Below are positions 39,841-49,758 of a DNA stretch of 64,000 nucleotides, in pieces (the first letter of the stretch is position 1; each line of letters begins with the position of its first letter). The position numbers and the translations under genes were made by a program. Source of the stretch: a phage. The stretch is from the sequence record PZ386976.1. One strand, given 5' to 3'. Below the pieces are notes generated by a model that did no database searches, was not told the DNA's origin, and saw nothing but the letters and a program-made list of their open reading frames with translations.

Positions 39841-40698
39841 ATGTCTAAAGTTGTTAAAATGAAAGCTCCGGTAGAGAAGTACAATGGTACTGAACGTCAA
39901 ACTCTGCGTTACCTTCTGAAAGATGTCTGGTTTTATTACCTGAACACTTCACCACGTCCGGGAAAAGGCAAGTCCATTGATAAGAAATTCCCAGGCAAAG
40001 ACTGTAACTACAGCGTTTCAATTCTGGCAGAAGATGGTAACAAGCTGTTTAAAGAGTTTACTAAGTCTAAGAAAAATCCAGAAGGTTGGGATAAAGTTAC
40101 TACTGAAGCAGTTGATGCAGATGACTTCGAAGAGAAGTTTGGTTGCAAACCACCATTTGAAGCAGATACTTACTACATCTTGAAAGTAAGTCGTGCAGCA
40201 GCTTATAAAGATGGTGCTGTGTGGACAGCTAAACAGTCATTCCCTGTTATGCTTATTGAAGAAGTAAATGGTAAGCGTGTAGCTGTTAAACAGCCGATGA
40301 AGAAAATCAAAGCTCAAGCATCTGATAAACATGAAGATGACAAGAACTATGATGTAATTCATCCAGATATTGCAGTTGGTAACGGTTCTTTTGGTAGTGT
40401 GATTCTTTCTACTCACTTCTACACTTTTGAGAACAATGTTCTGACAAAACCTATTCAGGAACAGTTTATCATTGATACTCTTGTACCTTACACTGGTGGT
40501 AATGGTGCTAATGGCGAACCTGAACTGGATGAAGACGAACTGGCTATGCTTGGTCTTGATGGTGTTGAAGATAACGGTGAAATCACTGAAGAAGACGCAA
40601 CAGACCACAAACCTTCGAATCACTCTGATGATGGCGATGATGAAGACTTGCCAGACCCAGATGACGAAGAAGATGAAGACTTCGATACAGAAGACTAA
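39841..40698 (+). CDS. putative single-stranded DNA-binding protein
   Basis: 285 aa with strongly acidic C-terminal tail (DDEDLPDPDDEEDEDFDTED); own promoter; in replication block. Confidence 0.4.
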   Translation: MSKVVKMKAPVEKYNGTERQTLRYLLKDVWFYYLNTSPRPGKGKSIDKKFPGKDCNYSVSILAEDGNKLFKEFTKSKKNPEGWDKVTTEAVDADDFEEKFGCKPPFEADTYYILKVSRAAAYKDGAVWTAKQSFPVMLIEEVNGKRVAVKQPMKKIKAQASDKHEDDKNYDVIHPDIAVGNGSFGSVILSTHFYTFENNVLTKPIQEQFIIDTLVPYTGGNGANGEPELDEDELAMLGLDGVEDNGEITEEDATDHKPSNHSDDGDDEDLPDPDDEEDEDFDTED

Positions 40699-40715
40699 TC
40701 TCTAAAAGTTACTTT

Positions 40716-40745
40716 AAAGCCCTGTACTTAGTATGGGGCTTTTTC
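40716..40745 (+). terminator. putative rho-independent terminator
   Basis: aaagccc ...loop... gggcttt then TTTTC; large loop, weaker call. Confidence 0.35.
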
Positions 40746-40760
40746 ATATGGAGAGTCACA

Positions 40761-41807
40761 ATGGAGAAGTATACGCTAACAAAACTTCCCGATTCAGTTA
40801 CACATGTCTTTATTGACTCTGACAGTATTGCCTATAAAGGTGCTTGTGTAGTTGAGAAAGCAAAATATAAATACGTCAATAAACTCACAGCAGAAGAATC
40901 TGAATCATTTGATAATGCAAAAGATGCTGCAAGATGGTTAACAGACCAGAGAATCTTTGTGGAAGAGCTTGGCCTAACATTTGATGAAGATGAATGGGAA
41001 AGACAGACTTGGAAAGAAGCTAAGAGTGAAAAAGAAGCTATCATGGCTACTCAGCAGGTTCTTCAGGAATGGCTTAAGGTTGTTGGTAAAGAAAGAACTT
41101 GGGTAGGTTACTTAACAGAGAAGGGTGTACATAAACATAAAGACATTAAAGGTCTTGAGCACCAATATCAAGGTAACCGTAAAGAGGCTATCACACCAAC
41201 ACACTTAGTCGCTTGTCGTGAATACCTTCTGTCAAGACCAGAGTTCAAATTGATTCTTGATGGATTTGAAGCTGACTCTATCGTGATTGCTAAAGCTGAA
41301 AAGATGGGTAAAAAGGCTGCCTTAATGAGCATTGATAAAGACCTTCGCCAAGCTGAAGGCACTTACTGCATTGATATGACCTATGAAAAATCACCTTTAA
41401 TCTTCATTGCTGATAACAACGTTGGTGAAATTTGGGATTGTCCAATAAAATCGACACCAAAAGCTAAGAAGACAGTTGGGGTAGGTTTTAAATTTCTTTG
41501 CTATCAAGCTGTGGCTGGCGACAATGCGGATAATTATTTTGGTTTAAAGGGTGTTGGTAAAGCTACTGTGATGAAGGCTCTTGAAGGGAAAACAACTTAC
41601 AAAGAGTGTCTTGATGCTATCTATGAACTTTATGCTAAGAAAGAGTCCTACACTTATGTCTCGTGGGATGGTCAAACAGTTACCAGAACACCTTTAGAAC
41701 TAATGCAGCAACACTTCTTCTTAGCTTATCAGGAAAGAAATAAGAAAGATGATTTTACTTTTGATAAGTATGGGTGGACACCAAATGTTAACTCAACAAA
41801 CTCTTAA
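40761..41807 (+). CDS. 5'-3' exonuclease / RNase H (FEN family)
   Basis: acidic N-terminal metal-site residues (FIDSDSIAYKG) and H3TH-like GLKGVGKATVMKAL. Confidence 0.55.
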   Translation: MEKYTLTKLPDSVTHVFIDSDSIAYKGACVVEKAKYKYVNKLTAEESESFDNAKDAARWLTDQRIFVEELGLTFDEDEWERQTWKEAKSEKEAIMATQQVLQEWLKVVGKERTWVGYLTEKGVHKHKDIKGLEHQYQGNRKEAITPTHLVACREYLLSRPEFKLILDGFEADSIVIAKAEKMGKKAALMSIDKDLRQAEGTYCIDMTYEKSPLIFIADNNVGEIWDCPIKSTPKAKKTVGVGFKFLCYQAVAGDNADNYFGLKGVGKATVMKALEGKTTYKECLDAIYELYAKKESYTYVSWDGQTVTRTPLELMQQHFFLAYQERNKKDDFTFDKYGWTPNVNSTNS

Positions 41808-42276
41808 AGAGTACCTACATTATGACCCCGAAACAGGGGTCTTTACTTGGATTAAGAAATCTGCTAGACACACAAAAATTGGCTCTGTTGCAGGTACAAA
41901 CTTAAGAGGGTACACCAGAATTTATTTGTTTGGTAAGGGTTATTATGCACATACCCTAGCCGTTCTGTATATGGATGGATACCTACCTGAGTGTGTTGAC
42001 CATAAAAATCATGTAACACTAGACAATCGCTGGGTAAATCTTAGGGCATGTACGTTATCAGAGAACCAATGTAATAGGTTGCTCAATAAGAACAATAAAT
42101 CAGGTGTTAAAGGTGTGTACTACAAAAAACAGTATGGTAAGTGGTCTACACAGATAACTTTTAAGAAGAGGGTCTACTTCTTCGGCAACTATGACACTAT
42201 TGATGAAGCAGCAGAGGTTGTAAATAGGGAACGTCAACGTTTACACAAAGAGTTTGCTAATAAAGGTGATGAATGA
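41749..42276 (+). CDS. HNH homing endonuclease with AP2-like DNA-binding domain
   Basis: HNH_3-like core (GYTRIYLFGKGYYAHTLAV...VDHKNHVTLDNRWVNL) and AP2-like SGVKGVYYKKQYGKWSTQI; real start likely internal Met. Confidence 0.65.
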   Translation: MILLLISMGGHQMLTQQTLKEYLHYDPETGVFTWIKKSARHTKIGSVAGTNLRGYTRIYLFGKGYYAHTLAVLYMDGYLPECVDHKNHVTLDNRWVNLRACTLSENQCNRLLNKNNKSGVKGVYYKKQYGKWSTQITFKKRVYFFGNYDTIDEAAEVVNRERQRLHKEFANKGDE

Positions 42277-42773
42277 GAAAAATAAAAGGTTTTGGCAATT
42301 GCCCTGAATATGGACATTGGGTTTCACTATGTGGTGAAGTTGACCCAGCAAAGCACTTTGGCTTTGTCTACCTAGTGTACTGCAAAAAGACTGGACAGTA
42401 CTATTTGGGTAAGAAACAGCTTAATAGTGTGACCAAAAGGAAAGTTGCTGGGAAGACTCGGAAGAAGGTAGTCACTAAGGAAAGTGATTGGATGACTTAT
42501 GAAACTTCTTCTGAGTATATTAAAAAAGATATCGAGAGCTTTGGAAAAGAATTTTTTGACTTTTACATTATCCAAACCTACTACACAAAAGGTGGCCTAG
42601 TCTATGGTGAAGCAAACCTTCAACATAAATTCGATGTAATGACAAAAAGGATTGACTCGAAGCTCAGACTCTTCTACAATGCCAATATTGCAGCAATTAA
42701 GTTTATTACTAAAGAAACTTATGAAGATGTTGAAAAAAGAATCCATAAGGTAATGAAAGCAAATTGTGCTTGA
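42273..42773 (+). CDS. possible GIY-YIG-like endonuclease
   Basis: GFVYLVYCKKTGQYYLGKK resembles GIY...YIG motif; no further catalytic residues confirmed. Confidence 0.35.
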   Translation: MRKIKGFGNCPEYGHWVSLCGEVDPAKHFGFVYLVYCKKTGQYYLGKKQLNSVTKRKVAGKTRKKVVTKESDWMTYETSSEYIKKDIESFGKEFFDFYIIQTYYTKGGLVYGEANLQHKFDVMTKRIDSKLRLFYNANIAAIKFITKETYEDVEKRIHKVMKANCA

Positions 42774-43045
42774 TAACTATTGAGAGAGAGAATAAAATGT
42801 TTAACAAAAGCAAAGCTGTGAGCCATGTAGCAAAAGTTGATAGCAAGATTGAAGAACTTGAGCGCATTCTTGCAAATGCCAGAGAGTCAATAATCAAAGA
42901 AGTTGAAGCTGTTGAATCTCAAATGCAGCACCTAATGCTTAAACGTCAAGAGCTACGTGAGCATCTAGAATATATTGAAACACGAGAGCTAAAGGTTAAC
43001 AAATATTTTAAGGAGTCCGAATGTTTAACTCAAGAGAATCAGTAA
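42764..43045 (+). CDS. small hypothetical coiled-coil protein
   Basis: 93 aa. Confidence 0.25.
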   Translation: MCLITIERENKMFNKSKAVSHVAKVDSKIEELERILANARESIIKEVEAVESQMQHLMLKRQELREHLEYIETRELKVNKYFKESECLTQENQ

Positions 43046-43776
43046 AAAACTGGAACCTTCGTTGTGGAAACACTCAAAAGCAACCTTACAGTAATGAGTA
43101 TTGGGAATCTTTAAAATCTCAATCTCTGTGTATGCTTGAAGAAGCAAAAGAGCTTGTAAAAGCAATTGAAGAGAAAGACCCCATTGAGACACTGGATGCT
43201 CAGGCAGATTTGCAATATGTTCTTGACGGATTGATTTATCTGTCACAACATGACCATAACGGTGCTATGAAAGCTGTTTGCCATAATAATGACCTGAAGT
43301 ACACAGATGACTATGAAGAAGCTTTAAAGCGTCTTGCAGATATTGAGAAGCGTACTGGTCAAGAGTGTATTATCAGAATGTCAGTAGTTGATGGTAAAGA
43401 GTGGTATGCGATTGTTCGTGCAGCCGATGGGAAGATTATGAAGCAATCAAATCTCCCTAAAGTACAGCTTGGTGAATACATTGTAGAACTTGAAAGCCAA
43501 GAACTTTTTGTGGTAGTATCTGAGACATGCGTTATCTGCAAAGGTATTGTAGGTAGCTTAAAGGATTTGGGTGTAGATGGTTTTGTAGAAGTTAATCCAA
43601 TTACCTCTAAAGCAGATAAAGACTTCTGTAAAGAGAATGGGCTATGGATTGCAGATATTGTCTACTATGATGGTGAGCAGTTCCATGTAACCTCATACCC
43701 GAAACTGAATTATGATGCTAATAACCTGAAGTGCTGGTTAAAAGGGGTTGGTTATAATGGATTCACAGAACATTAA
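43021..43776 (+). CDS. hypothetical protein, possible MazG-like NTP pyrophosphohydrolase domain
   Basis: N-terminal EEAKELVKAIEEKDPIETLDAQADLQYVLDGL resembles all-alpha NTP-PPase pattern; weak. Confidence 0.3.
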   Translation: MFNSRESVKNWNLRCGNTQKQPYSNEYWESLKSQSLCMLEEAKELVKAIEEKDPIETLDAQADLQYVLDGLIYLSQHDHNGAMKAVCHNNDLKYTDDYEEALKRLADIEKRTGQECIIRMSVVDGKEWYAIVRAADGKIMKQSNLPKVQLGEYIVELESQELFVVVSETCVICKGIVGSLKDLGVDGFVEVNPITSKADKDFCKENGLWIADIVYYDGEQFHVTSYPKLNYDANNLKCWLKGVGYNGFTEH

Positions 43777-44080
43777 TAAAGAGGGTGTGGCTCAGAAGAG
43801 CCACTTCTCAAACTACAATATTTCTATGACGGTGTTTATGAATGACCCGTTACTTGAAAAGTATGGTGAGACTCCAGATACACTTCTGGATAATGAACAA
43901 GTTTTAAAAGCAGTCCTGTACAAATATGGGATTGATATTGAGAAAGAGTATTCCTTTGAAATCTGCCAACACAGGAACACTTTCGGTAAAGTTGTGATGG
44001 CTCCACTCTTTATGGGTGTAGAAAGGACTGACTATGGTTGGTTGTATCTAAAAAGAAACTTGGAGAAATACCGTGTCTAA
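43748..44080 (+). CDS. hypothetical protein
   Basis: 110 aa. Confidence 0.3.
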   Translation: MVIMDSQNINKEGVAQKSHFSNYNISMTVFMNDPLLEKYGETPDTLLDNEQVLKAVLYKYGIDIEKEYSFEICQHRNTFGKVVMAPLFMGVERTDYGWLYLKRNLEKYRV

Positions 44081-44408
44081 AGCAAAAAAGCTATCTTATG
44101 ATGACATTATATCAGGTGCTAAGTTAGGTGTTGACAGTATCGGACAAGACGTTAAGCACGGAGACACAGTTATGTACTGTGATGACCGAAGAGGTAGAAG
44201 TGCAATCTTGTTTGGGAGAATTGTTTGCAAGATGCGAGGTAATTACGTTGTTGCAGACATGTATGTGAACGTTACACAAAAGCTTGAAACAATTATGGAT
44301 GCTAATACACCATCATGGTTCCTGAATTGTATGCACACTTCTTCAGTCACAAAGGTAAGTGATAAGTTTTACGATATGTGGCAGAATGAGCAAATTTTCA
44401 AGATTTAA
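44073..44408 (+). CDS. hypothetical protein
   Basis: 111 aa. Confidence 0.3.
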   Translation: MSKAKKLSYDDIISGAKLGVDSIGQDVKHGDTVMYCDDRRGRSAILFGRIVCKMRGNYVVADMYVNVTQKLETIMDANTPSWFLNCMHTSSVTKVSDKFYDMWQNEQIFKI

Positions 44409-44413
44409 ACTAG

Positions 44414-44437
44414 GGAGCCTCTTCGGAGGCTCTTTTC
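44414..44437 (+). terminator. rho-independent terminator
   Basis: gagcctc-ttcg-gaggctc then TTTTC. Confidence 0.6.
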
Positions 44438-44454
44438 ATCTGTAGGATTCAAAA

Positions 44455-46689
44455 ATGATTAAGACAATTAAAAAATCAAACGGTACAGTAGTAAGCTTTG
44501 ACCCAGAAAGACCGAATAAGTGGGCATCATGGGCAGATAAGCATGGTATTATCTGGTCAGAAGTCACTATGGAAGCCTTGAAACGTGTCTATGAGGGTTG
44601 CACTACAAAAGAGATGCACCAAGCCATGATTGATGTTTGTGTTGATAAACAAACTCAAGAGCACTCAGATATGGCTGGACGGCTACTTCTAGGGATTATC
44701 TACAAAGAAGCCTTTGGAGGCTTTACTAAGGTTCCTACGCTGGTTACCTTCGTTAAAAATATGGAGAGAGCAGGACTTTGGGAGAAGATGGACTATTCTC
44801 AGGAAGAGCTTGAATACCTGCAAGGGTACATTGTGCACTCAAAAGATATCTCTTATGGTTATGCAGTCCTGAAACAGTTCAGAGACAAGTATGGTATCCG
44901 TGATATTAAAACGGGAAGACTTTTTGAGTCACCACAATTTATGTTTATGGGTATGGCTATGAAAGCCTTTGAGAAGCAACCAAAGCACCGTAGACTGCAA
45001 GATGTTATCAAGCTGTACACTTACCTATCTGACCTGAAGATTAACGCTCCTACACCTTATTTAAACGGTTTAAGAGCAACTAAATCAGGCTATGCGTCAT
45101 GCTGTTTGATTAAGGCAAATGACACTGCCGAATCTCTCGGTATTGCTGCAAAGGTTGCTTATGACATGACTACAAAGCAAGCTGGTATCGGGATGCTGAT
45201 GGAGACTCGCACTATTGGTGATGGTATCCGTCAAAACACGATTGAGCACATGGGTAAGCTGCCTTATTATAAGCTTGTACGTTCATCTGTAGAGGCAAAC
45301 AAACAGAAGAGTCGTGGTGGTTCAGCTAATAACTTCTACACTGCTCTAGACCCGCAGATTGAAGATTTACTGCGTTTGAAGCACCCTACAACGGTTCCTT
45401 CTAAACGTATTAATGAGATGGACTACTCATTCGGCACAAACGATTATTTCTGGCAGTGTGTTCAGTATGATACGGATTGGTTGCTATTCTCTTACAAAGA
45501 TGCACCAAAACTCTATGACATGTTCTACACAGCATCTGCTGATGAGTTTGCTATGGCAGTTGGTCACGCAGTACATTCAGGAGTTAAGCACAGACGAGTA
45601 AAGGCTCGTGAAATTGCCAAGCTGTTTATTCAACAGCGTTATGCTACAGGTCGTGTGTATCCATTCTTCACTAACAATGCGAACACACATACACCATTTA
45701 AAGAACCATTGAAGATGTCAAATCTTTGTATGGAAATTGTGTTGCCAGTGTATGGTTTTGAGAAAGAGACAGACCTTTACAGAGACGATGCTGTGAAAGA
45801 GGATGGTGAGGTGGCTCTTTGCTTCCTAGCTAGTTTGGTTGCAGGGAGAATTTCAGAAGATGAATACGCTGACGTTGCTTATTATGCTCTTGCAATGGTT
45901 GACTCCGTTATTGACCTTATGGATTATCCGTATCCGTCGATGCGTAACCATGTTCAGAAGCGTCGTTCTGTTGGGATTGGCCTTACAAATGTGGCTCATT
46001 ACCTTGCGAAGAACTACGTGAACTACTCTTCACGAGCAGGTAAAACGAAACTTCATGAACTGGCAGAGATGCACTCTTACTATCTGCATGAAGCCTCTCT
46101 GAGACTTGCTAAAGAGCGTGGCGTTCCAGAATACATGAAGTTCACTAAGTATCCTGAAGGCTGGGTTCCTCCAAAGACAGCTAACAAGAAGATTGATGAA
46201 AAGCATGATGCAAAACTACGATATGATTGGGATGACTTAGCACAACGTATCAAAGAAAATGGTGGAATCCGAAACTCTGTATTAGAAGCTTACATGCCTA
46301 ATGAGAGTTCTTCACTGGCAACCAATACGACAAATGGCTTGTATCCAATTCGTGACTTTATTTTAACTAAAAAGTCTGCAACTGGTAACGTACTGTTTAT
46401 TGTTCCAGATTATGAAGAGCTAAAGTATGTCTATGAAATTGCTTGGGATATTGACACCTTTGATATGATTGATTGTTATGCAATTGTTCAAAAGTTCACT
46501 GGTCAAGCTATCTCTTCAGACTTCTATGTTGACTATGCAAAGTCTAAGAAGGTATCATTGTCTCAAGCTCTGAAGTACATGATTTATGCCAACTCAGTAG
46601 GTATGAAAACCATGTACTACCTTAACAGTCGCATTGGTGTAGGTAAATCTGCACTGCAAGATGCTTATTGCGAGGGTTGTGGTGTTTAG
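44455..46689 (+). CDS. nrdA: ribonucleotide reductase class I large subunit
   Basis: 744 aa; N-terminal ATP-cone-like region; NLCMEIVLP active-site motif; C-terminal CEGCG cysteines. Confidence 0.85.
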   Translation: MIKTIKKSNGTVVSFDPERPNKWASWADKHGIIWSEVTMEALKRVYEGCTTKEMHQAMIDVCVDKQTQEHSDMAGRLLLGIIYKEAFGGFTKVPTLVTFVKNMERAGLWEKMDYSQEELEYLQGYIVHSKDISYGYAVLKQFRDKYGIRDIKTGRLFESPQFMFMGMAMKAFEKQPKHRRLQDVIKLYTYLSDLKINAPTPYLNGLRATKSGYASCCLIKANDTAESLGIAAKVAYDMTTKQAGIGMLMETRTIGDGIRQNTIEHMGKLPYYKLVRSSVEANKQKSRGGSANNFYTALDPQIEDLLRLKHPTTVPSKRINEMDYSFGTNDYFWQCVQYDTDWLLFSYKDAPKLYDMFYTASADEFAMAVGHAVHSGVKHRRVKAREIAKLFIQQRYATGRVYPFFTNNANTHTPFKEPLKMSNLCMEIVLPVYGFEKETDLYRDDAVKEDGEVALCFLASLVAGRISEDEYADVAYYALAMVDSVIDLMDYPYPSMRNHVQKRRSVGIGLTNVAHYLAKNYVNYSSRAGKTKLHELAEMHSYYLHEASLRLAKERGVPEYMKFTKYPEGWVPPKTANKKIDEKHDAKLRYDWDDLAQRIKENGGIRNSVLEAYMPNESSSLATNTTNGLYPIRDFILTKKSATGNVLFIVPDYEELKYVYEIAWDIDTFDMIDCYAIVQKFTGQAISSDFYVDYAKSKKVSLSQALKYMIYANSVGMKTMYYLNSRIGVGKSALQDAYCEGCGV

Positions 46690-47002
46690 TTTTAACAACT
46701 ATGAGGGTCGTAAAAGACCCTCTAAAAATAACTTTGGAGAGACCATGAAAGATTTAATAGAAAAACATGAGCGGCCTATATACTTGCTCCACAAGCCTCG
46801 GAAAACGATGTACTATGTGAGTAGCACAGATATGATGATAAAACAAAATGATGACTCATGGGTTGCTGGTATCTCTTACATCTCTACAGCAGATGGTAAA
46901 ATCTACGCAAGACCTTATGAGATGTTTAACAAAGAAAATTGGGAAGTTTTAGACAGAAAACAAGCCTTAGAAATGATAAAGAAAGGAGAAATCACGCTAT
47001 GA
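46661..47002 (+). CDS. small hypothetical protein between nrdA and nrdB
   Basis: 113 aa ORF; start probably at internal Met (MKDLIEK). Confidence 0.25.
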   Translation: MLIARVVVFSFNNYEGRKRPSKNNFGETMKDLIEKHERPIYLLHKPRKTMYYVSSTDMMIKQNDDSWVAGISYISTADGKIYARPYEMFNKENWEVLDRKQALEMIKKGEITL

Positions 47003-48072
47003 TTAACCAGCACCCAATCTTTTTAGGTGGTGAGAGAAAAACTTTTGACTCACTTAATAAGCACTACCCAAAAATCTTTGAACTTTATAAACAACAAAAA
47101 GCACAAGACTGGTCAGAAGATGAGTTCCCTTTTGAACAATCACGTCTTGATTTTGAGAGTGTCCCAGCATCAATGTCAGGTGTAATGCTTGAGATTCTTA
47201 AGTGGCAATGGGAAGCAGATACTCAAGTTGCTAAGAGCTTGGCATTTGCCTTTGCACCATTTATCTCTGATGACATTTATGCAACTGCAATTATGAAGCA
47301 GTCTGAGATTGAAAACCTACATGCTCTCACTTACTCAGAGATTGTAAGACAATGTATTAAAAACCCTGAAACAATCTTAGATGAGATTAACCAGAATGTT
47401 GCTGTGCAAGACCGATTAAAAACTGTGAATCGTGTTCTTGAAGAATTACTGGATGAAGGGATAAACTACCGACTGAGTTATGTCCGTGATTCACTTCTGG
47501 ACAAAGACCCTTTACACTTCCATAAAGTGATTCTGAAAGGTCTATTTGCAGTGACTGCACTGGAAGGTATATCTTTTATGGCATCCTTTGCATGTACTTT
47601 TGCACTTGATGCTCAAGATAAATTTCAGGGTATTGCTCAAGCTGTGCAGAAGATTATGCTTGATGAAATCCTTCACACTAAAATTGATATTGAAGTTTTA
47701 AAAGAAACTTTAAGGGATGATGAGTGGCAGAAAGCTTTTCAACAAATTCTTCCAGAGATTAAAGTAATCTTAGATGAAGTAGTTGAAAGTGAAGAGAAAT
47801 GGTCGTATTATATCTTCTCCGAAGGACGTGCTGTAGTTGGCTTAAATACAAAGCTTCTTCATGAGTGGGTTTATTATAATGCTGCCCCACTGTATGATAT
47901 GTTTGGCATTCCCAGAGATTTTGTAGCTCCTAAAGAACCACCTTTAAAGTACATGATTAAGAAGATGGAAATTGATAAAGAGCAGAATGCTAATCAGGAG
48001 CAACAGAACGGTGCGTACCTATTGAATACTGTTGTAGATGATTTGAATAGTGGATTTTTAGAGGTTCCTTAA
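46939..48072 (+). CDS. nrdB: ribonucleotide reductase class I small subunit
   Basis: 377 aa immediately after nrdA with helical ferritin-like pattern; position and size. Confidence 0.75.
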   Translation: MGSFRQKTSLRNDKERRNHAMINQHPIFLGGERKTFDSLNKHYPKIFELYKQQKAQDWSEDEFPFEQSRLDFESVPASMSGVMLEILKWQWEADTQVAKSLAFAFAPFISDDIYATAIMKQSEIENLHALTYSEIVRQCIKNPETILDEINQNVAVQDRLKTVNRVLEELLDEGINYRLSYVRDSLLDKDPLHFHKVILKGLFAVTALEGISFMASFACTFALDAQDKFQGIAQAVQKIMLDEILHTKIDIEVLKETLRDDEWQKAFQQILPEIKVILDEVVESEEKWSYYIFSEGRAVVGLNTKLLHEWVYYNAAPLYDMFGIPRDFVAPKEPPLKYMIKKMEIDKEQNANQEQQNGAYLLNTVVDDLNSGFLEVP

Positions 48073-48314
48073 TGACTTATGTAATTTACTCCAAAACTGG
48101 ATGCCCTCAGTGTGAGACTGCAAAGAATTTTGCAAAAGCTCGTGGTATTGACCATGTTGTGAGAATGTTAGGGCAGGACTATGAGCTATCAGACTTGATG
48201 GATATTGCACAGATGCCAGTTCGTCAGATGCCATTCATCATGAAAACCGATGGACAAAACCTAAAACCTGTTGGGACGCTACAGAATTTTATGGCAGAGG
48301 TGAATAATGCTTAA
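48072..48314 (+). CDS. glutaredoxin-like protein (NrdH-like)
   Basis: 80 aa with CPQC redox motif (YSKTGCPQCETAKNF). Confidence 0.55.
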   Translation: MTYVIYSKTGCPQCETAKNFAKARGIDHVVRMLGQDYELSDLMDIAQMPVRQMPFIMKTDGQNLKPVGTLQNFMAEVNNA

Positions 48315-48513
48315 ACGCATTTGGGAAGGTTTGGTTGTTGATGCACCAGCTATTGTGATTGGTATGCTTATTGTTAACCTATTTACTGACTTTGAACAAG
48401 GTTCATTGTTTGGAGCCATGTTACTATGGGTTATCTTCGAAATATTAGAGATACAGTTAGGTATCACTGAAAAACTAAGAGAACTCTTTGCGAAGTTTTC
48501 TAAAAAGATTTAA
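48307..48513 (+). CDS. small membrane protein
   Basis: 68 aa with two hydrophobic segments. Confidence 0.3.
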   Translation: MLKRIWEGLVVDAPAIVIGMLIVNLFTDFEQGSLFGAMLLWVIFEILEIQLGITEKLRELFAKFSKKI

Positions 48514-48520
48514 AATGAAA

Positions 48521-48542
48521 GGGTCTCTTCGGAGACCTTTTT
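48521..48542 (+). terminator. rho-independent terminator
   Basis: ggtctc-ttcg-gagacc then TTTTT. Confidence 0.6.
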
Positions 48543-48561
48543 AGCATGTAAAGGGGAAATA

Positions 48562-49758
48562 ATGAACAAAGTACAGATTATTAAAAAGAATGGCTCACTC
48601 GAAGAACCTGATATCAAAAAAGTTTTAGCAGCAGTCACAAAGTCAGCTAATAGGGTTGGGTATAAAGAACTCCCACCAGATGTTACTCAAGCTCTTGAGT
48701 CAGCATTTATGAGGATTCTGGTAAAGTCCACTAAGCAGAATAATTTGCTAATTTCTGTAAACGATATTCACAGTATTGTTGAGGGTGCTTTGGCAGAAGT
48801 CAATCACGAAATTTATGAGTCTTACTCAACATACAGAAATTACCGTAAAGAAGTTGCTCAAAATTGGGATGAACTCTACCAGAAGACCAAAGATACACTC
48901 TTCTTAGGTGACAGAGAGAATGCTAACTTTGACAGCAGTTTAATTTCTACAAAAGGCTCAATTATTCGTGGTTACCTGACTAAAGAAATCTTTAAACAGT
49001 ACCATTTAACACCAGAGGAACTTGAAGCCATTGAAAAAGGGTTTATCTATATCCATGATTTAAGAGACCTAATTTTTGGTGGTATCAACTGTTGCCTGTT
49101 TGACATTGGTAAAGTCCTGAAAGGTGGCTTTGAAATGTCTGGCATCGAATATTGTGAACCAAAGTCTGTGCTGTCGGCCTTACAGGTTATTGGTGACGTA
49201 GTTCTTTCAGCAACTGCACAGCAATTTGGTGGCTTTACTTTAGCAGAGATTGATAAGGTACTCGTACCGTATGCTAAGAAGTCTCTACGCTATCATGCTG
49301 AGAAAGCAGCATCTTATGGTATTCCTAAAGAACATTACCACAATTATATCATGGAGCAGCTACAGATTGAACTGACTCAAGGTTTCCAGTCACTTGAAAT
49401 GAAACTCAATACTGTGCCTTGTAGCCGTGGGGATTTTGCATTTACAACTTTGACATTCGGGTTACTTGATTCAGATATGTCTAATGAAGATAACCGACTG
49501 CAATACATGATTGCAAGTACTCTCCTAGATGTTCGTATGAATGGACAAGGTAAGAGCAAGAAGCCTGTTGTATTCCCTAAACTGGTTTATATTTATGACC
49601 AGAAGAGACACGATGAGAATATCTGTCAAGGACACCTGTACAGTAAAGCCATTGAGTGTTGCTCTAAAGCAATGTATCCAGATTTCTTAAGTGTATCTGG
49701 TCATGGTGCTGTAGCAGAGGCTTTTGAGCGTTCTGGTAAGGTTATTTCACCGATGGGT
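48562..49758 (+). CDS. nrdD: anaerobic ribonucleotide reductase NrdD, exon 1
   Basis: N-terminal ATP-cone-like; ends ...GKVISPMG, matching E. coli NrdD ...VISPMG|CRSFL recalled from memory; track ORF runs to stop at 49759-49761 inside intron. Confidence 0.8.
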
